Shown: positions 9,563-18,410 of the stretch, in pieces | Layout of the letters: every line of letters begins with the position of its first letter | Position numbering within the stretch: position 1 is the first letter of the stretch | Assembly (NCBI GenBank): GCA_017993715.1 | Contig: JAGOME010000002.1 | Span: 41,429-105,428 of the forward strand | DNA length: 64,000 nt | From: Phycicoccus sp. | Lineage (GTDB): Bacteria; Actinomycetota; Actinomycetes; Actinomycetales; Dermatophilaceae | Reading direction: 5' to 3' | Notes under the pieces: generated by a model | Database searches by the model: none | The model's input: the letters and a program-made list of their open reading frames with translations, nothing else | What the model was told of the DNA's origin: nothing | Position numbers and translations under genes: made by a program

Positions 9563-10758
9563 GCTTCGCCAACTTCGGCAACGACCTCTACTCGGGCAAG
9601 CGGTCCATCCCCGTTGTCGCGCAACGTAGTCGGTTCTATCTCATCTCCCTGATCGTCATTGCGATCGCCGTCGGTGGCCTGGTCTGGAAGGGGCTCAACC
9701 TCGGTTTGGAGTTCCGCGGCGGCTCGGAGTTCCGGGTGGCCTTGTCGGCGGAGCCGAGCAACTATGAAAGCACCGCCCGGGACGCCGTCACCGCCACGGG
9801 GTCCGAAGGCACCGTCAATGTCACGCTGCTGGGGACCAACACGGTCCGGGTGCAAACCGAGCGTCTCGACCAGGACACGAGCGCCGCGGCGCGCACCGCC
9901 TTGGCCGAGTCTTTCAACGTGCCCGAAGCCGATGTCAGCGCGACCTTCATCGGACCCTCGTGGGGGGCCTCGGTCTCCCAGAAGGCGCTCCAGGCGCTGA
10001 TCATCTTCCTGCTCTTGACGGCCTTGGTCATGGCGGTCTACTTCCGCACCTGGAAGATGGCCCTGGCGGCATTGCTCGCCTTGGCCCACGACATGGTTAT
10101 CACCTTGGGTGTCTACGCCCTGGTCGGGTTCGAGGTGACGCCGGCGTCAATGATCGGCTTCCTCACGGTGCTCGGATACAGCCTCTATGACACGGTCGTC
10201 GTCTTCGACAAGGTCCGGGAAAACACCGACGAGGCCTTCGGCAACGGCCGCCTGTCCTACGCGCAGGCTGCCAATCTCGCCGTCAACCAGACGATGGTCC
10301 GCTCGATCAACACCACCGTCGTGGCGCTGCTGCCGATCACCGCGATCCTCGTCGTCGGCTTCGGTTGGCTTGGCCCCGGCACCCTGCTTGACCTCTCCCT
10401 CGTGCTGTTCATCGGCATCCTGGTGGGCGCCTACTCCTCGATCTTCATCGCGACACCGTTGCTGGTGTCGCTGCGGTCGCGCGAGTTCAAGGTGCAGGAG
10501 CTGGCCAAGCGCGCCGAGCGCAGCCAACTCGCCCGCACCAAGAAGCAGGAGCAGGCACAGAGCGTCACGTCGGCGAATGCCGCCGCGGCTGCCGATGAGG
10601 CGGGTCCGGGAGCCGTCGGTGTCGAGCCGGGAGAGACCAGCGACTCCGAGGACCAGGGCGAGACGACGGCAACCCTGACGGGACGGGCGGTGCACAAGTA
10701 CGCCCGACCGAGCGGCCCGCGCAACCAGCCCAAACGCACGCCACGCTCCGAGCGATGA
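9559..10758 (+). CDS. secF: protein translocase subunit SecF
   Basis: 399 aa (LGYSLYDTVVVFDKVREN). ATGA overlap with secD. Confidence 0.95.
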   Translation: MSFANFGNDLYSGKRSIPVVAQRSRFYLISLIVIAIAVGGLVWKGLNLGLEFRGGSEFRVALSAEPSNYESTARDAVTATGSEGTVNVTLLGTNTVRVQTERLDQDTSAAARTALAESFNVPEADVSATFIGPSWGASVSQKALQALIIFLLLTALVMAVYFRTWKMALAALLALAHDMVITLGVYALVGFEVTPASMIGFLTVLGYSLYDTVVVFDKVRENTDEAFGNGRLSYAQAANLAVNQTMVRSINTTVVALLPITAILVVGFGWLGPGTLLDLSLVLFIGILVGAYSSIFIATPLLVSLRSREFKVQELAKRAERSQLARTKKQEQAQSVTSANAAAAADEAGPGAVGVEPGETSDSEDQGETTATLTGRAVHKYARPSGPRNQPKRTPRSER

Positions 10759-11291
10759 CCTCCGTCCCCGGCGACATCTCGCAGGTCATCGCGACGCACC
10801 TGCGAGACGTCCAGGACTTTCCGGTGCCGGGGGTGGTCTTCAAGGACATCACCCCACTTCTCGGTGCGCCCGCGGCCTTCGGGGCCGTCGTCGCCGAGCT
10901 GGTGCGACGGCATTCCGGTGTCATCGACAAGGTGGCCGGGATCGAAGCCCGCGGCTTCATCCTCGGCGCCCCCGTGGCCCACGCTCTCGGCGTCGGCTTC
11001 GTGCCGGTCCGCAAGGCCGGCAAACTCCCGGGGGAGGTGGTCTCGCAGACCTACAACCTTGAGTACGGCACGGCGACCATCGAGGTCCATGCCGATGCCG
11101 TGCGTCAGGGTGACCGGGTGCTCCTGGTTGACGATCTGCTCGCCACTGGCGGGACAGCGATCGCCGCGTGGGACCTCCTCGAGGGTTTGGGCGCTGCCGT
11201 CCACGAGCTCACGGTCCTGGTCGAGCTCAGCTTCCTGGAGGGTCGCACGCGGCTGGGCGAGCGGCCCGTCCACGCCCTCCACGTGATCTGA
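10755..11291 (+). CDS. apt: adenine phosphoribosyltransferase
   Basis: 178 aa with FKDITPLL and PRPP-binding motif [14 protein letters not shown]. Confidence 0.95.
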   Translation: MTSVPGDISQVIATHLRDVQDFPVPGVVFKDITPLLGAPAAFGAVVAELVRRHSGVIDKVAGIEARGFILGAPVAHALGVGFVPVRKAGKLPGEVVSQTYNLEYGTATIEVHADAVRQGDRVLLVDDLLATGGTAIAAWDLLEGLGAAVHELTVLVELSFLEGRTRLGERPVHALHVI

Positions 11292-11332
11292 CCCCGGTCG
11301 GAGCTGTCGCCGGTGCCGCCTACACTTCGTCC

Positions 11333-13645
11333 ATGGCGGAGGACACGACCCCGATTCCGGTGACCCCGGTGGCCACCGCCCCCGGGGGGTCGCGGGCGCG
11401 TGCCCGCGCGCGCCTCGCGCTCTTTGGGGGCCCTCGCTCGGCCACTTTGCCCGTCCTGGAGCCCTTGCTGCGGATCGTGCGGCAGACCCACCCCAAGGCG
11501 GACACGGCCCTGATCGAGCGGGCCTATCTGGTCGCCGAGCGGGCGCACACCGGTCAGAAGCGCAAGAGCGGCGACGACTACATCACGCATCCGTTGGCCG
11601 TGACGACGATCCTCGCCGAACTGGGCATGACCCCCTCGACCTTGGCTGCCGCGTTGCTGCACGACACCGTCGAGGACACCGGTTACGAGCTGCAGGAGCT
11701 GACCAAGGACTTCGGCACCGAGATCGCCATGCTCGTTGATGGGGTGACCAAGCTGGACAAGGTCACCTACGGCGATGCCGCTCAGGCCGAGACCGTCCGC
11801 AAGATGGTCGTGGCGATGGCCCGCGACATCCGGGTGCTGGTCATCAAGCTGGCCGACCGCCTCCACAACGCGCGGACCTGGCGCTACGTCTCGGTCGAGT
11901 CGGCCCAGCGCAAGGCCAAGGAGACGCTGGAGATCTACGCTCCGCTGGCCCACCGGCTGGGGATGAACACCATCAAATGGGAGCTGGAGGACCTGTCCTT
12001 CCAGACCCTCTATCCCAAGGTCTACGACGAGATCGTCCGCCTTGTCGCCGAGCGAGCCCCCGCGCGCGAGGAGTATCTGGCGCGAGTCCGCGACGCCATC
12101 TCGTCGGATCTGCGCGACGCCAAGATCAAGGCTGTCGTCACGGGCCGGCCCAAGCACTACTACTCCGTCTACCAAAAGATGATCGTCGGCGGCCGCGACT
12201 TCGAGGACATCTACGACCTCATTGCCGTCCGGGTGCTGGTCGATACGGTCCGGGATTGTTATGCCGTCCTCGGTGCGATGCATGCGCGCTGGAACCCGGT
12301 CCCTGGCCGGTTCAAGGACTACATCGCCATGCCCAAGTTCAACATGTACCAGTCGTTGCACACGACGGTCATCGGGCCGGGCGGCAAGCCGGTCGAGATC
12401 CAGATCCGCACCCACACGATGCACCGGCGGGCCGAGTATGGCGTTGCGGCACACTGGAAGTACAAAGAGCAGGGCCTGGCCGGCAAGCCTGACGACGCGG
12501 GCAAGACCGGCCCGATCAACGACATGGCGTGGCTGCGACAGTTGCTGGACTGGCAGAAGGAGACCTCAGATCCGGGGGAGTTCCTGGAGTCCCTGCGCTA
12601 CGAGATCAACGCCCGCGAGGTCTACGCCTTCACCCCCAAGGGTCAGCTGGTGGGTCTGCCGGCCGGGTCGACCCCTGTCGACTTCGCCTACGCCGTACAC
12701 ACCGAGGTCGGACACCACTGCATCGGTGCGCGCGTCAACGGTCGCCTGGTTCCTCTGGAAAGCCAGCTGGACAACGGGGATGTCGTCGAGGTCCTCACCT
12801 CCAAGGCCGACGGTGCCGGGCCTTCGCGCGACTGGTTGCATTTCGTCAAGTCGCCGCGGGCGCGCACCAAGATTCGGCACTGGTTCACCCGCGAGCGTCG
12901 CGAGGAGATGATCGAGGAGGGTCGCGAGTCGCTCGCCAAGGCGATGCGCAAGCGAGGCCTCCCGTTGTCCCGGTTCACGACGGTCGAGTCCCTGACCGGC
13001 GTGGCCGAGGAGTTGCGCCTTGTCGGCATCGATGGGCTGTATGCCGCTATCGGCGAGGGCCATGTCTCAGCCCAGCATGTGCTGAGCAGGCTCCTGGCTT
13101 CGGTCGGCGGGGAAGAGGGCGCGGGCGAGGATCTCGCCGAGACCACGATCCCGGGAGCCTCCCGCAACCGACCACGACGCGCCGGTGACCCGGGCGTTGT
13201 GGTGCGCGACCTGTCCGACGTCTGGGTCAAACTGGCCCGCTGCTGCACCCCTGTCCCCGGCGACGACATCATCGGGTTTGTCACGCGCGGCAACGGCGTC
13301 TCGGTGCATCGACGCGACTGCCCAAATGCCGAGAATCTGCTCAGCCACCGCGAGAAGATCATCGAGGTCGACTGGGCGCCCACGGCCGGCAGTGTCTTCC
13401 TCGTGCAGCTCATCGTCGAGGCCCTGGACCGCAACCGGCTGCTGTCCGATGTGACTCGGGCCTTGTCCGACAGCGGGGTCAACATCCTCTCGGCCGCTGT
13501 GCAGACCAGTCGCGACCGGGTTGCCCTGCTGCGCTTTACCTTCGAGATGGGTGACCCAGGGCACCTGGATCACGTCATCCGACAGGTCCGCCGGATCGAC
13601 TCGGTCATCGATGCCCGTCGCGACCTGGGTGGCAAGCCCTCCTGA
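11333..13645 (+). CDS. relA: bifunctional (p)ppGpp synthetase/hydrolase RelA/SpoT homolog
   Basis: HD domain ([12 protein letters not shown]...LLHDTVEDT), synthetase ([14 protein letters not shown]), and TGS and ACT regions. Start set at MAEDTT (ATG at 11333), just after the apt stop. Confidence 0.95.
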   Translation: MAEDTTPIPVTPVATAPGGSRARARARLALFGGPRSATLPVLEPLLRIVRQTHPKADTALIERAYLVAERAHTGQKRKSGDDYITHPLAVTTILAELGMTPSTLAAALLHDTVEDTGYELQELTKDFGTEIAMLVDGVTKLDKVTYGDAAQAETVRKMVVAMARDIRVLVIKLADRLHNARTWRYVSVESAQRKAKETLEIYAPLAHRLGMNTIKWELEDLSFQTLYPKVYDEIVRLVAERAPAREEYLARVRDAISSDLRDAKIKAVVTGRPKHYYSVYQKMIVGGRDFEDIYDLIAVRVLVDTVRDCYAVLGAMHARWNPVPGRFKDYIAMPKFNMYQSLHTTVIGPGGKPVEIQIRTHTMHRRAEYGVAAHWKYKEQGLAGKPDDAGKTGPINDMAWLRQLLDWQKETSDPGEFLESLRYEINAREVYAFTPKGQLVGLPAGSTPVDFAYAVHTEVGHHCIGARVNGRLVPLESQLDNGDVVEVLTSKADGAGPSRDWLHFVKSPRARTKIRHWFTRERREEMIEEGRESLAKAMRKRGLPLSRFTTVESLTGVAEELRLVGIDGLYAAIGEGHVSAQHVLSRLLASVGGEEGAGEDLAETTIPGASRNRPRRAGDPGVVVRDLSDVWVKLARCCTPVPGDDIIGFVTRGNGVSVHRRDCPNAENLLSHREKIIEVDWAPTAGSVFLVQLIVEALDRNRLLSDVTRALSDSGVNILSAAVQTSRDRVALLRFTFEMGDPGHLDHVIRQVRRIDSVIDARRDLGGKPS

Positions 13646-13683
13646 CGCCCCGCCGCGCCCGTGGAGGTGGCTGGGCAGGTACG

Positions 13684-13743
13684 GCAGCAGTTACCCCTTG
13701 GTAGCTGGGGCGCCAACCCCATCTACCAAGGGGTAACTGCTGC
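13684..13743. terminator. 60-nt stem-loop: 21-bp perfect inverted repeat plus 5 further bp, between convergent relA and the DUF349 gene
   Basis: gcagcagttaccccttggtag / ctaccaaggggtaactgctgc are exact reverse complements. The inner pair tgggg/cccca closes a 6-nt loop. Confidence 0.6.
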
Positions 13744-13798
13744 GCTAGCCCCCCACCAGCACCACGCAGTCGGCACGGCACATGAGCGCGATCGTCTC

Positions 13799-15424
13799 TT
13801 AGGCGTCGCCCTGGACGGCCTGCGCTTGGCCCAGCCAGGCCTGTTGAGCCGCGAGCTTGGCGGTCAGGTCCTTGACCTTGCGCGCGTCACCCTTGGCCTG
13901 CGCCGCCTCGAGATCCTCGGTGAGGGAGGCGATGCTGGCGACGAGTTGGCTCACCAGGCTGCTGGCCCGTGCCGACACCTCGGGGTCGCTGGCTCGCCAC
14001 TTGCGCTCGTCGGCGTCGCGGACGGCGGCCTCCACTCGGCGCAGCGCCTTCTCGACACGCTCCAGATCCGCCCTGGGGACCTTGCCTGCCCGCTCCCACC
14101 GATCCTGAATGCCGCGCAGGCTGGCCTTGGCCGCCTCGAGGTTGGAGACCGGAAGCAGCGCCTCCGCCTCGACCAGCAGCGCCTCCTTGACGCTGAGGTT
14201 GCCGCGCAGGGCCTCATCCTCGGCGTGTGAGACCTCATCCTTGGCCGCGAAGAAACTGTCCTGGGCGGCCTTGAACCGGGTCCACAGGCGGTCGTCGTCG
14301 GTGCGGCTTGCCCGTCCTGCCGTCCGCCACCGATCCATGAGCTGCTTGAAGGAGCGGGCTGTGTTGTTCCAGTCCGTGCTGGCCGCCAGCTCCTCGGCCT
14401 CGGCGACCAAGCTCTCCTTGAGCGACTTGGCTGACGAGCGCGTCTCATCAAGCTCGGCAAAGAAGGCGCGGCGGTTCTTGTCGAACGCGTTGCGGGCCTT
14501 GCTGAAGCGCTGCCACAGCTCGCTCTCCTGCGGCTTGTCCAGCCGCGGCCCGCTGCGCTGCATGGCCTTCCACTGGTCCAACAGGGCGCGCATTTGCTCG
14601 CTGCTCTGCTTCCACTGGGTGGACTGGGGCGGCTGGTCCGCGATGACCTCGGCCTGGGCCACGACGTTCTCACGCTCGGCCATCGCAGCGGCCTTGGCCT
14701 CAGCTCGGGCAGCCGACTCCCGTTCGCGCTTGTCCGTGATCTGCGTATCGAGCGCGTCGAGCTGGGCCCGCAGGCCCGGGAGGTCGCCGACCACGTGGGC
14801 GTCGGCCACCGCGGTGCGCAGAGTGCTCAAACCGTCTGAGAGCTCCTTGGCGGGCACCTCCGGATTGGACACCCGCGCCCATAGCAGATCGGCGGTGCTC
14901 GCCAACTCGTCGTACTTGCGGGCGAAATACTGCAGAGCCTCATCCGGGGTCCCGCCGGGGAAGGACCCGACCTCGCGCTCCTCGTCACCGTCCTGGACGA
15001 ACACGTGCCCCTGCTCGTCAACCCGGCCGAACCGCGCCGAGTCCGAGTGGGGAGGGGGGGCGGCCGCCGCGGGGTGCGGATGGAGCCGGGCCAATGCCGC
15101 CGGGCTCGGAGCGGCCGGGCGGGGCGCGCTCGGACGTGGCAGGGCAGCCGGGGACGGCTCCGGTGTCTCCGCCACGACGACCTCGACCTCCGTGGCGGCC
15201 TCGGCCTCAGCCGGGCTCTCGACTTCACCCACGATCTCCGCCTCGGCGACCGGCTCGACCGGCGCCTCAGCCTGGGTGACCACGGCGTCAGCAGCCGCCT
15301 CGTCCGGCAGGTCGGCGGCCTCGACCACCACGTCCGGCTGGGCCTCGTCGGCGGCCGGTGCCGACTCCTGCACCTGCTCGCTGGGGTCCAGCGTCTCGGG
15401 CTGCGTCGGGAACTGCTCGCTCAT
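13799..15424 (-). CDS. DUF349 domain-containing protein
   Basis: Acidic/Ala/Pro-rich N-terminus followed by repeated DUF349-type helices (ELWQRFSKARNAFDKNRRAFF, RLWTRFKAAQDSFFAAKDE, IQDRWERAGKVPR). Start at MSEQFP. Confidence 0.8.
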   Translation of the reverse strand: MSEQFPTQPETLDPSEQVQESAPAADEAQPDVVVEAADLPDEAAADAVVTQAEAPVEPVAEAEIVGEVESPAEAEAATEVEVVVAETPEPSPAALPRPSAPRPAAPSPAALARLHPHPAAAAPPPHSDSARFGRVDEQGHVFVQDGDEEREVGSFPGGTPDEALQYFARKYDELASTADLLWARVSNPEVPAKELSDGLSTLRTAVADAHVVGDLPGLRAQLDALDTQITDKRERESAARAEAKAAAMAERENVVAQAEVIADQPPQSTQWKQSSEQMRALLDQWKAMQRSGPRLDKPQESELWQRFSKARNAFDKNRRAFFAELDETRSSAKSLKESLVAEAEELAASTDWNNTARSFKQLMDRWRTAGRASRTDDDRLWTRFKAAQDSFFAAKDEVSHAEDEALRGNLSVKEALLVEAEALLPVSNLEAAKASLRGIQDRWERAGKVPRADLERVEKALRRVEAAVRDADERKWRASDPEVSARASSLVSQLVASIASLTEDLEAAQAKGDARKVKDLTAKLAAQQAWLGQAQAVQGDA

Positions 15425-15425
15425 G

Positions 15426-16250
15426 TCAGGCCTTCTTCTCGGTGACAGCAACCCGAAGGATGCTGATGGGCACTGCGGGGGTGCCGTCGGTCGCGCTCGT
15501 CCCGTCTCCGGCCACGCCTTCGCGGACGATGGTGTCGACGATATCCAACCCCTGGGTCACCGTGCCGAAGATTGTGTAGCCGTCGGGGTCCGGAAGGGTC
15601 GTCTCCTGGTCGACGAGGAAGAACTGTCCGCCGTTGCCCTCAACCGGGTCACTGGTGCGAGCCATCGCCACGGAACCTCGCGGATAGATGCCGTCCGTGG
15701 GGGCGTTCTCCACGCCGAAGCCGTAGCCGGGAGTCCCCTGACCGGTCCCTGTCGGGTCCCCACACTGCAGGATCGTCATGGGATCGCTGACGACCAGCCG
15801 GTGACAGGGCGAGTTGATCCAGTAGTCCGCCTCGGCCAACTGGATGAAGCTCGCCACGGCCGCAGGAGCCTTGGCACCGTGCAGCTCCATGACGATGTCA
15901 CCGCAGTTCGTCGTCAGCGTCGCAACCCAGGTCGCCGCGTTGGCGGTGGTGGGGTCTGGCAGGGTGAGCACGGCCCCGGTGCCCAGCGACTCCGGCGGCG
16001 GCGTGCACCCTGGGGGCATGGACACCGAGGCAGTCGGGGTCGCCGACGCGGAAGCCTTGGCCTCCTGCGCCGCGCGACTGGCCAAGAGTTGGGTGCCGAG
16101 CCAGCCCAGACCGGCGGCAACGAGGAGGACCACGGCGACAATGGCGGCATTGCGCTGGTACTGACGGCGCCGCTTGTCCCGCTGGGCGAGGACGACTTGC
16201 CGCTTTTCCCAGCGACGCCGGGCTCGCGCCCGTTCCTGCTTCTTGGTCAC
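15426..16250 (-). CDS. membrane-anchored cyclophilin-type peptidyl-prolyl cis-trans isomerase
   Basis: Basic N-terminus plus a TM, then a cyclophilin core (CGDIVMELHGAKAP...LQCGDPTGTG...GGQFFL...FGTVTQGLDIVDTI). Confidence 0.9.
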   Translation of the reverse strand: MTKKQERARARRRWEKRQVVLAQRDKRRRQYQRNAAIVAVVLLVAAGLGWLGTQLLASRAAQEAKASASATPTASVSMPPGCTPPPESLGTGAVLTLPDPTTANAATWVATLTTNCGDIVMELHGAKAPAAVASFIQLAEADYWINSPCHRLVVSDPMTILQCGDPTGTGQGTPGYGFGVENAPTDGIYPRGSVAMARTSDPVEGNGGQFFLVDQETTLPDPDGYTIFGTVTQGLDIVDTIVREGVAGDGTSATDGTPAVPISILRVAVTEKKA

Positions 16251-16345
16251 CGTGGTGGCCTCTCAAATCGTTGGTGTCGGCTGGCCCGACGTGGGTGGCT
16301 CCGCGAAAGTCTAGGCAGCCCCGCCCACGACTAGGCTTGGGTGTC

Positions 16346-17047
16346 GTGTTCACCGTCGCTCTACCCGCCCCGGTCTTCGCGACCAACTGCTACATCATTG
16401 CGTCCGGACCCGGCGAGGACTGCCTCGTCGTCGATCCCGGTATCGGCGTCGAGCAGGCCGTCATGGAGGTGCTCGCGGAGCATCGACTGCGCCCGGCCGC
16501 GGTGCTTCTCACCCACGGCCACCTCGATCACGTGTACTCGGTGACGCCCGTGTGTGGGGGCTCGGCGGCGGCATTCATCCATGGAGACGACCGCTATCGG
16601 CTCCGGAGCCCCCTGACCGAGTACAACCCCGCGATGATCGCCATGATCGAGCAGCAGTTCGGCGCCAAGGCCACGTGGCGCGAGCCGGAGCAGATCGTCG
16701 AGGTCCACGACCACGAGCGACTGACCCTGGCCGGCTTTGACGTCGACGTTATTCACGCCCCAGGCCACACCGAGGGCTCGGTGATGTTCGCCATCCCCGG
16801 GCTGCCCGATGGTCTGCAGGCTGACGAGGAGCTCACGAGCACGCTGCTCACCGGCGACGTCGTCTTTGCCGGATCGATCGGACGGACAGATCTCGCGGGC
16901 GGCGACCACGCCGCCATGCAGACCTCGCTGCGCACCAAGGTTCTCCCATTGCCAGACTCCACACTGCTCCTCACCGGGCACGGCCCGGCCTCCACCATGC
17001 GGCGCGAACGCGCCACCAACCCCTACCTGCAAGGACTGGATCGATGA
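16346..17047 (+). CDS. MBL-fold metallo-hydrolase (glyoxalase II-like)
   Basis: THGHLDHV metal motif. Start ambiguous (TTG 16337 or GTG 16346). ATGA overlap with hisS. Confidence 0.85.
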   Translation: MFTVALPAPVFATNCYIIASGPGEDCLVVDPGIGVEQAVMEVLAEHRLRPAAVLLTHGHLDHVYSVTPVCGGSAAAFIHGDDRYRLRSPLTEYNPAMIAMIEQQFGAKATWREPEQIVEVHDHERLTLAGFDVDVIHAPGHTEGSVMFAIPGLPDGLQADEELTSTLLTGDVVFAGSIGRTDLAGGDHAAMQTSLRTKVLPLPDSTLLLTGHGPASTMRRERATNPYLQGLDR

Positions 17048-18384
17048 CGTCACCCGCCCCTCGCGCCGAGAAGGTGATGCCGATCTCCGGCTTCCCGGAG
17101 TTCCTGCCGCGCGAACGCATCGCCGAGCAGCTCGTCCTCGACATCATCCGGACGACCTTCGAGCGTCACGGCTTCGCTCCCATCGAGACCAGGGCGGTCG
17201 AGCCGGTCGCCCGCCTCCTTGGCAAAGGTGGTGATACCGACAAGGAGATCTATGGGGTGGCTCGGCTCGCCGATGCTGGTGCGGAGGCCGACTTGGGGCT
17301 GCACTTCGACCTCACGGTCCCGTTCTCGCGCTATGTCATCGAGAATGCCGGACGCCTGGCCTTTCCGTTTCGTCGCTATCAGATCCAGAAGGTCTGGCGC
17401 GGAGAGCGGCCCCAGGAGGGTCGGTACCGCGAGTTCACCCAGGCCGACATCGACGTTGTCGATGTGGGAGAGCTCGCTGGACACTTCGAGGCCGAGATGC
17501 CCCTCGTCGTCGCCGAGATCTTCGCGGCGCTGCCCATCGGCCGCATGATCATCCAGGTCAACAACCGTCAGATCCCGCAGGGCTTCTACACCGGCCTGGG
17601 CATCGACGATGTGGCCGGCACCCTGCGCATCGTCGACAAACTCGACAAGATCGGGCCCGATGCGGTGACCCGCATGCTGCTGGAGGCGGGCCGGACGCCC
17701 GAGCAGGCCGCGGCGGTGCTCGCTCTAGCCCGGATCCGCTCGCAGGACCTGTCCTTCGTCGAGCAGGTGCGCGCCCTGGGTGTGCACAACGGCACGCTCG
17801 ACGCTGGCCTGGACGCGCTGTCCGCGGTGATCCGCACGGGAATGGCGCATGCGCCAGGTGCCCTGGTCGCCGACCTGAAGATCGCCCGTGGTCTGGACTA
17901 CTACACGGGCACGGTCTACGAGACGCAGTTGGTCGGCCGCGAGTCATGGGGCTCGTTCTGTTCGGGCGGTCGCTACGACGCCCTCGCGTCGGACGGGCGC
18001 ACGACGTATCCCGGGGTAGGGATCTCCATCGGCGTCACCCGACTGCTCGGACTCCTCTTTGGCGAGGGGCTGCTCACGGCCAGCCGGAGCACGCCGTCGG
18101 CTGTCCTTGTGGCCGTCACCACGGAGGAGGCACGCGAGCGCTCGGTCGCTGTCGCAGCCACCCTGCGCGCGCGTGGCATTCCCTGTGAGGTCGCACCGCG
18201 GGCCGACAAGTTCGGCAAACAGATCCGGTATGCCGACCGGCGCGGCATCCCTTATGTCTGGTTCCCGGGAGCGGACGGCGGCGATCAGGTCAAAGACATC
18301 CGCAACGGCGTCCAAGTCGATGGTGACGCGGCGACGTGGGACTGCCCCTCGAGCGACGTGCGGCCGGTCCTGGTCAGCCCCTGA
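17044..18384 (+). CDS. hisS: histidine--tRNA ligase
   Basis: Class II aaRS motifs (RYREFTQADIDV, CSGGRYDAL) and a C-terminal anticodon-binding domain. ATG at 17077 is an alternative start. Confidence 0.88.
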   Translation: MTSPAPRAEKVMPISGFPEFLPRERIAEQLVLDIIRTTFERHGFAPIETRAVEPVARLLGKGGDTDKEIYGVARLADAGAEADLGLHFDLTVPFSRYVIENAGRLAFPFRRYQIQKVWRGERPQEGRYREFTQADIDVVDVGELAGHFEAEMPLVVAEIFAALPIGRMIIQVNNRQIPQGFYTGLGIDDVAGTLRIVDKLDKIGPDAVTRMLLEAGRTPEQAAAVLALARIRSQDLSFVEQVRALGVHNGTLDAGLDALSAVIRTGMAHAPGALVADLKIARGLDYYTGTVYETQLVGRESWGSFCSGGRYDALASDGRTTYPGVGISIGVTRLLGLLFGEGLLTASRSTPSAVLVAVTTEEARERSVAVAATLRARGIPCEVAPRADKFGKQIRYADRRGIPYVWFPGADGGDQVKDIRNGVQVDGDAATWDCPSSDVRPVLVSP

Positions 18385-18410
18385 CCTCGCGCCACGAGGG
18401 TCGGGCCGGA

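Noticed and set aside
11105-12454. 449-aa minus-strand ORF, and similar long shadow ORFs (6237-7388, 18285-19970, 31000-32211, 25573-26883, 48541-49779)
   Set aside because: All lie opposite genes with strong family signatures (relA, ruvB, the AP-superfamily protein, der, scpA, garA/merR) and have the biased composition expected from antisense high-GC3 coding DNA.
14109-16334. 741-aa plus-strand ORF
   Set aside because: It is antisense to the DUF349 and cyclophilin genes. Its product is Ser/Ala/Arg-rich with no motifs.
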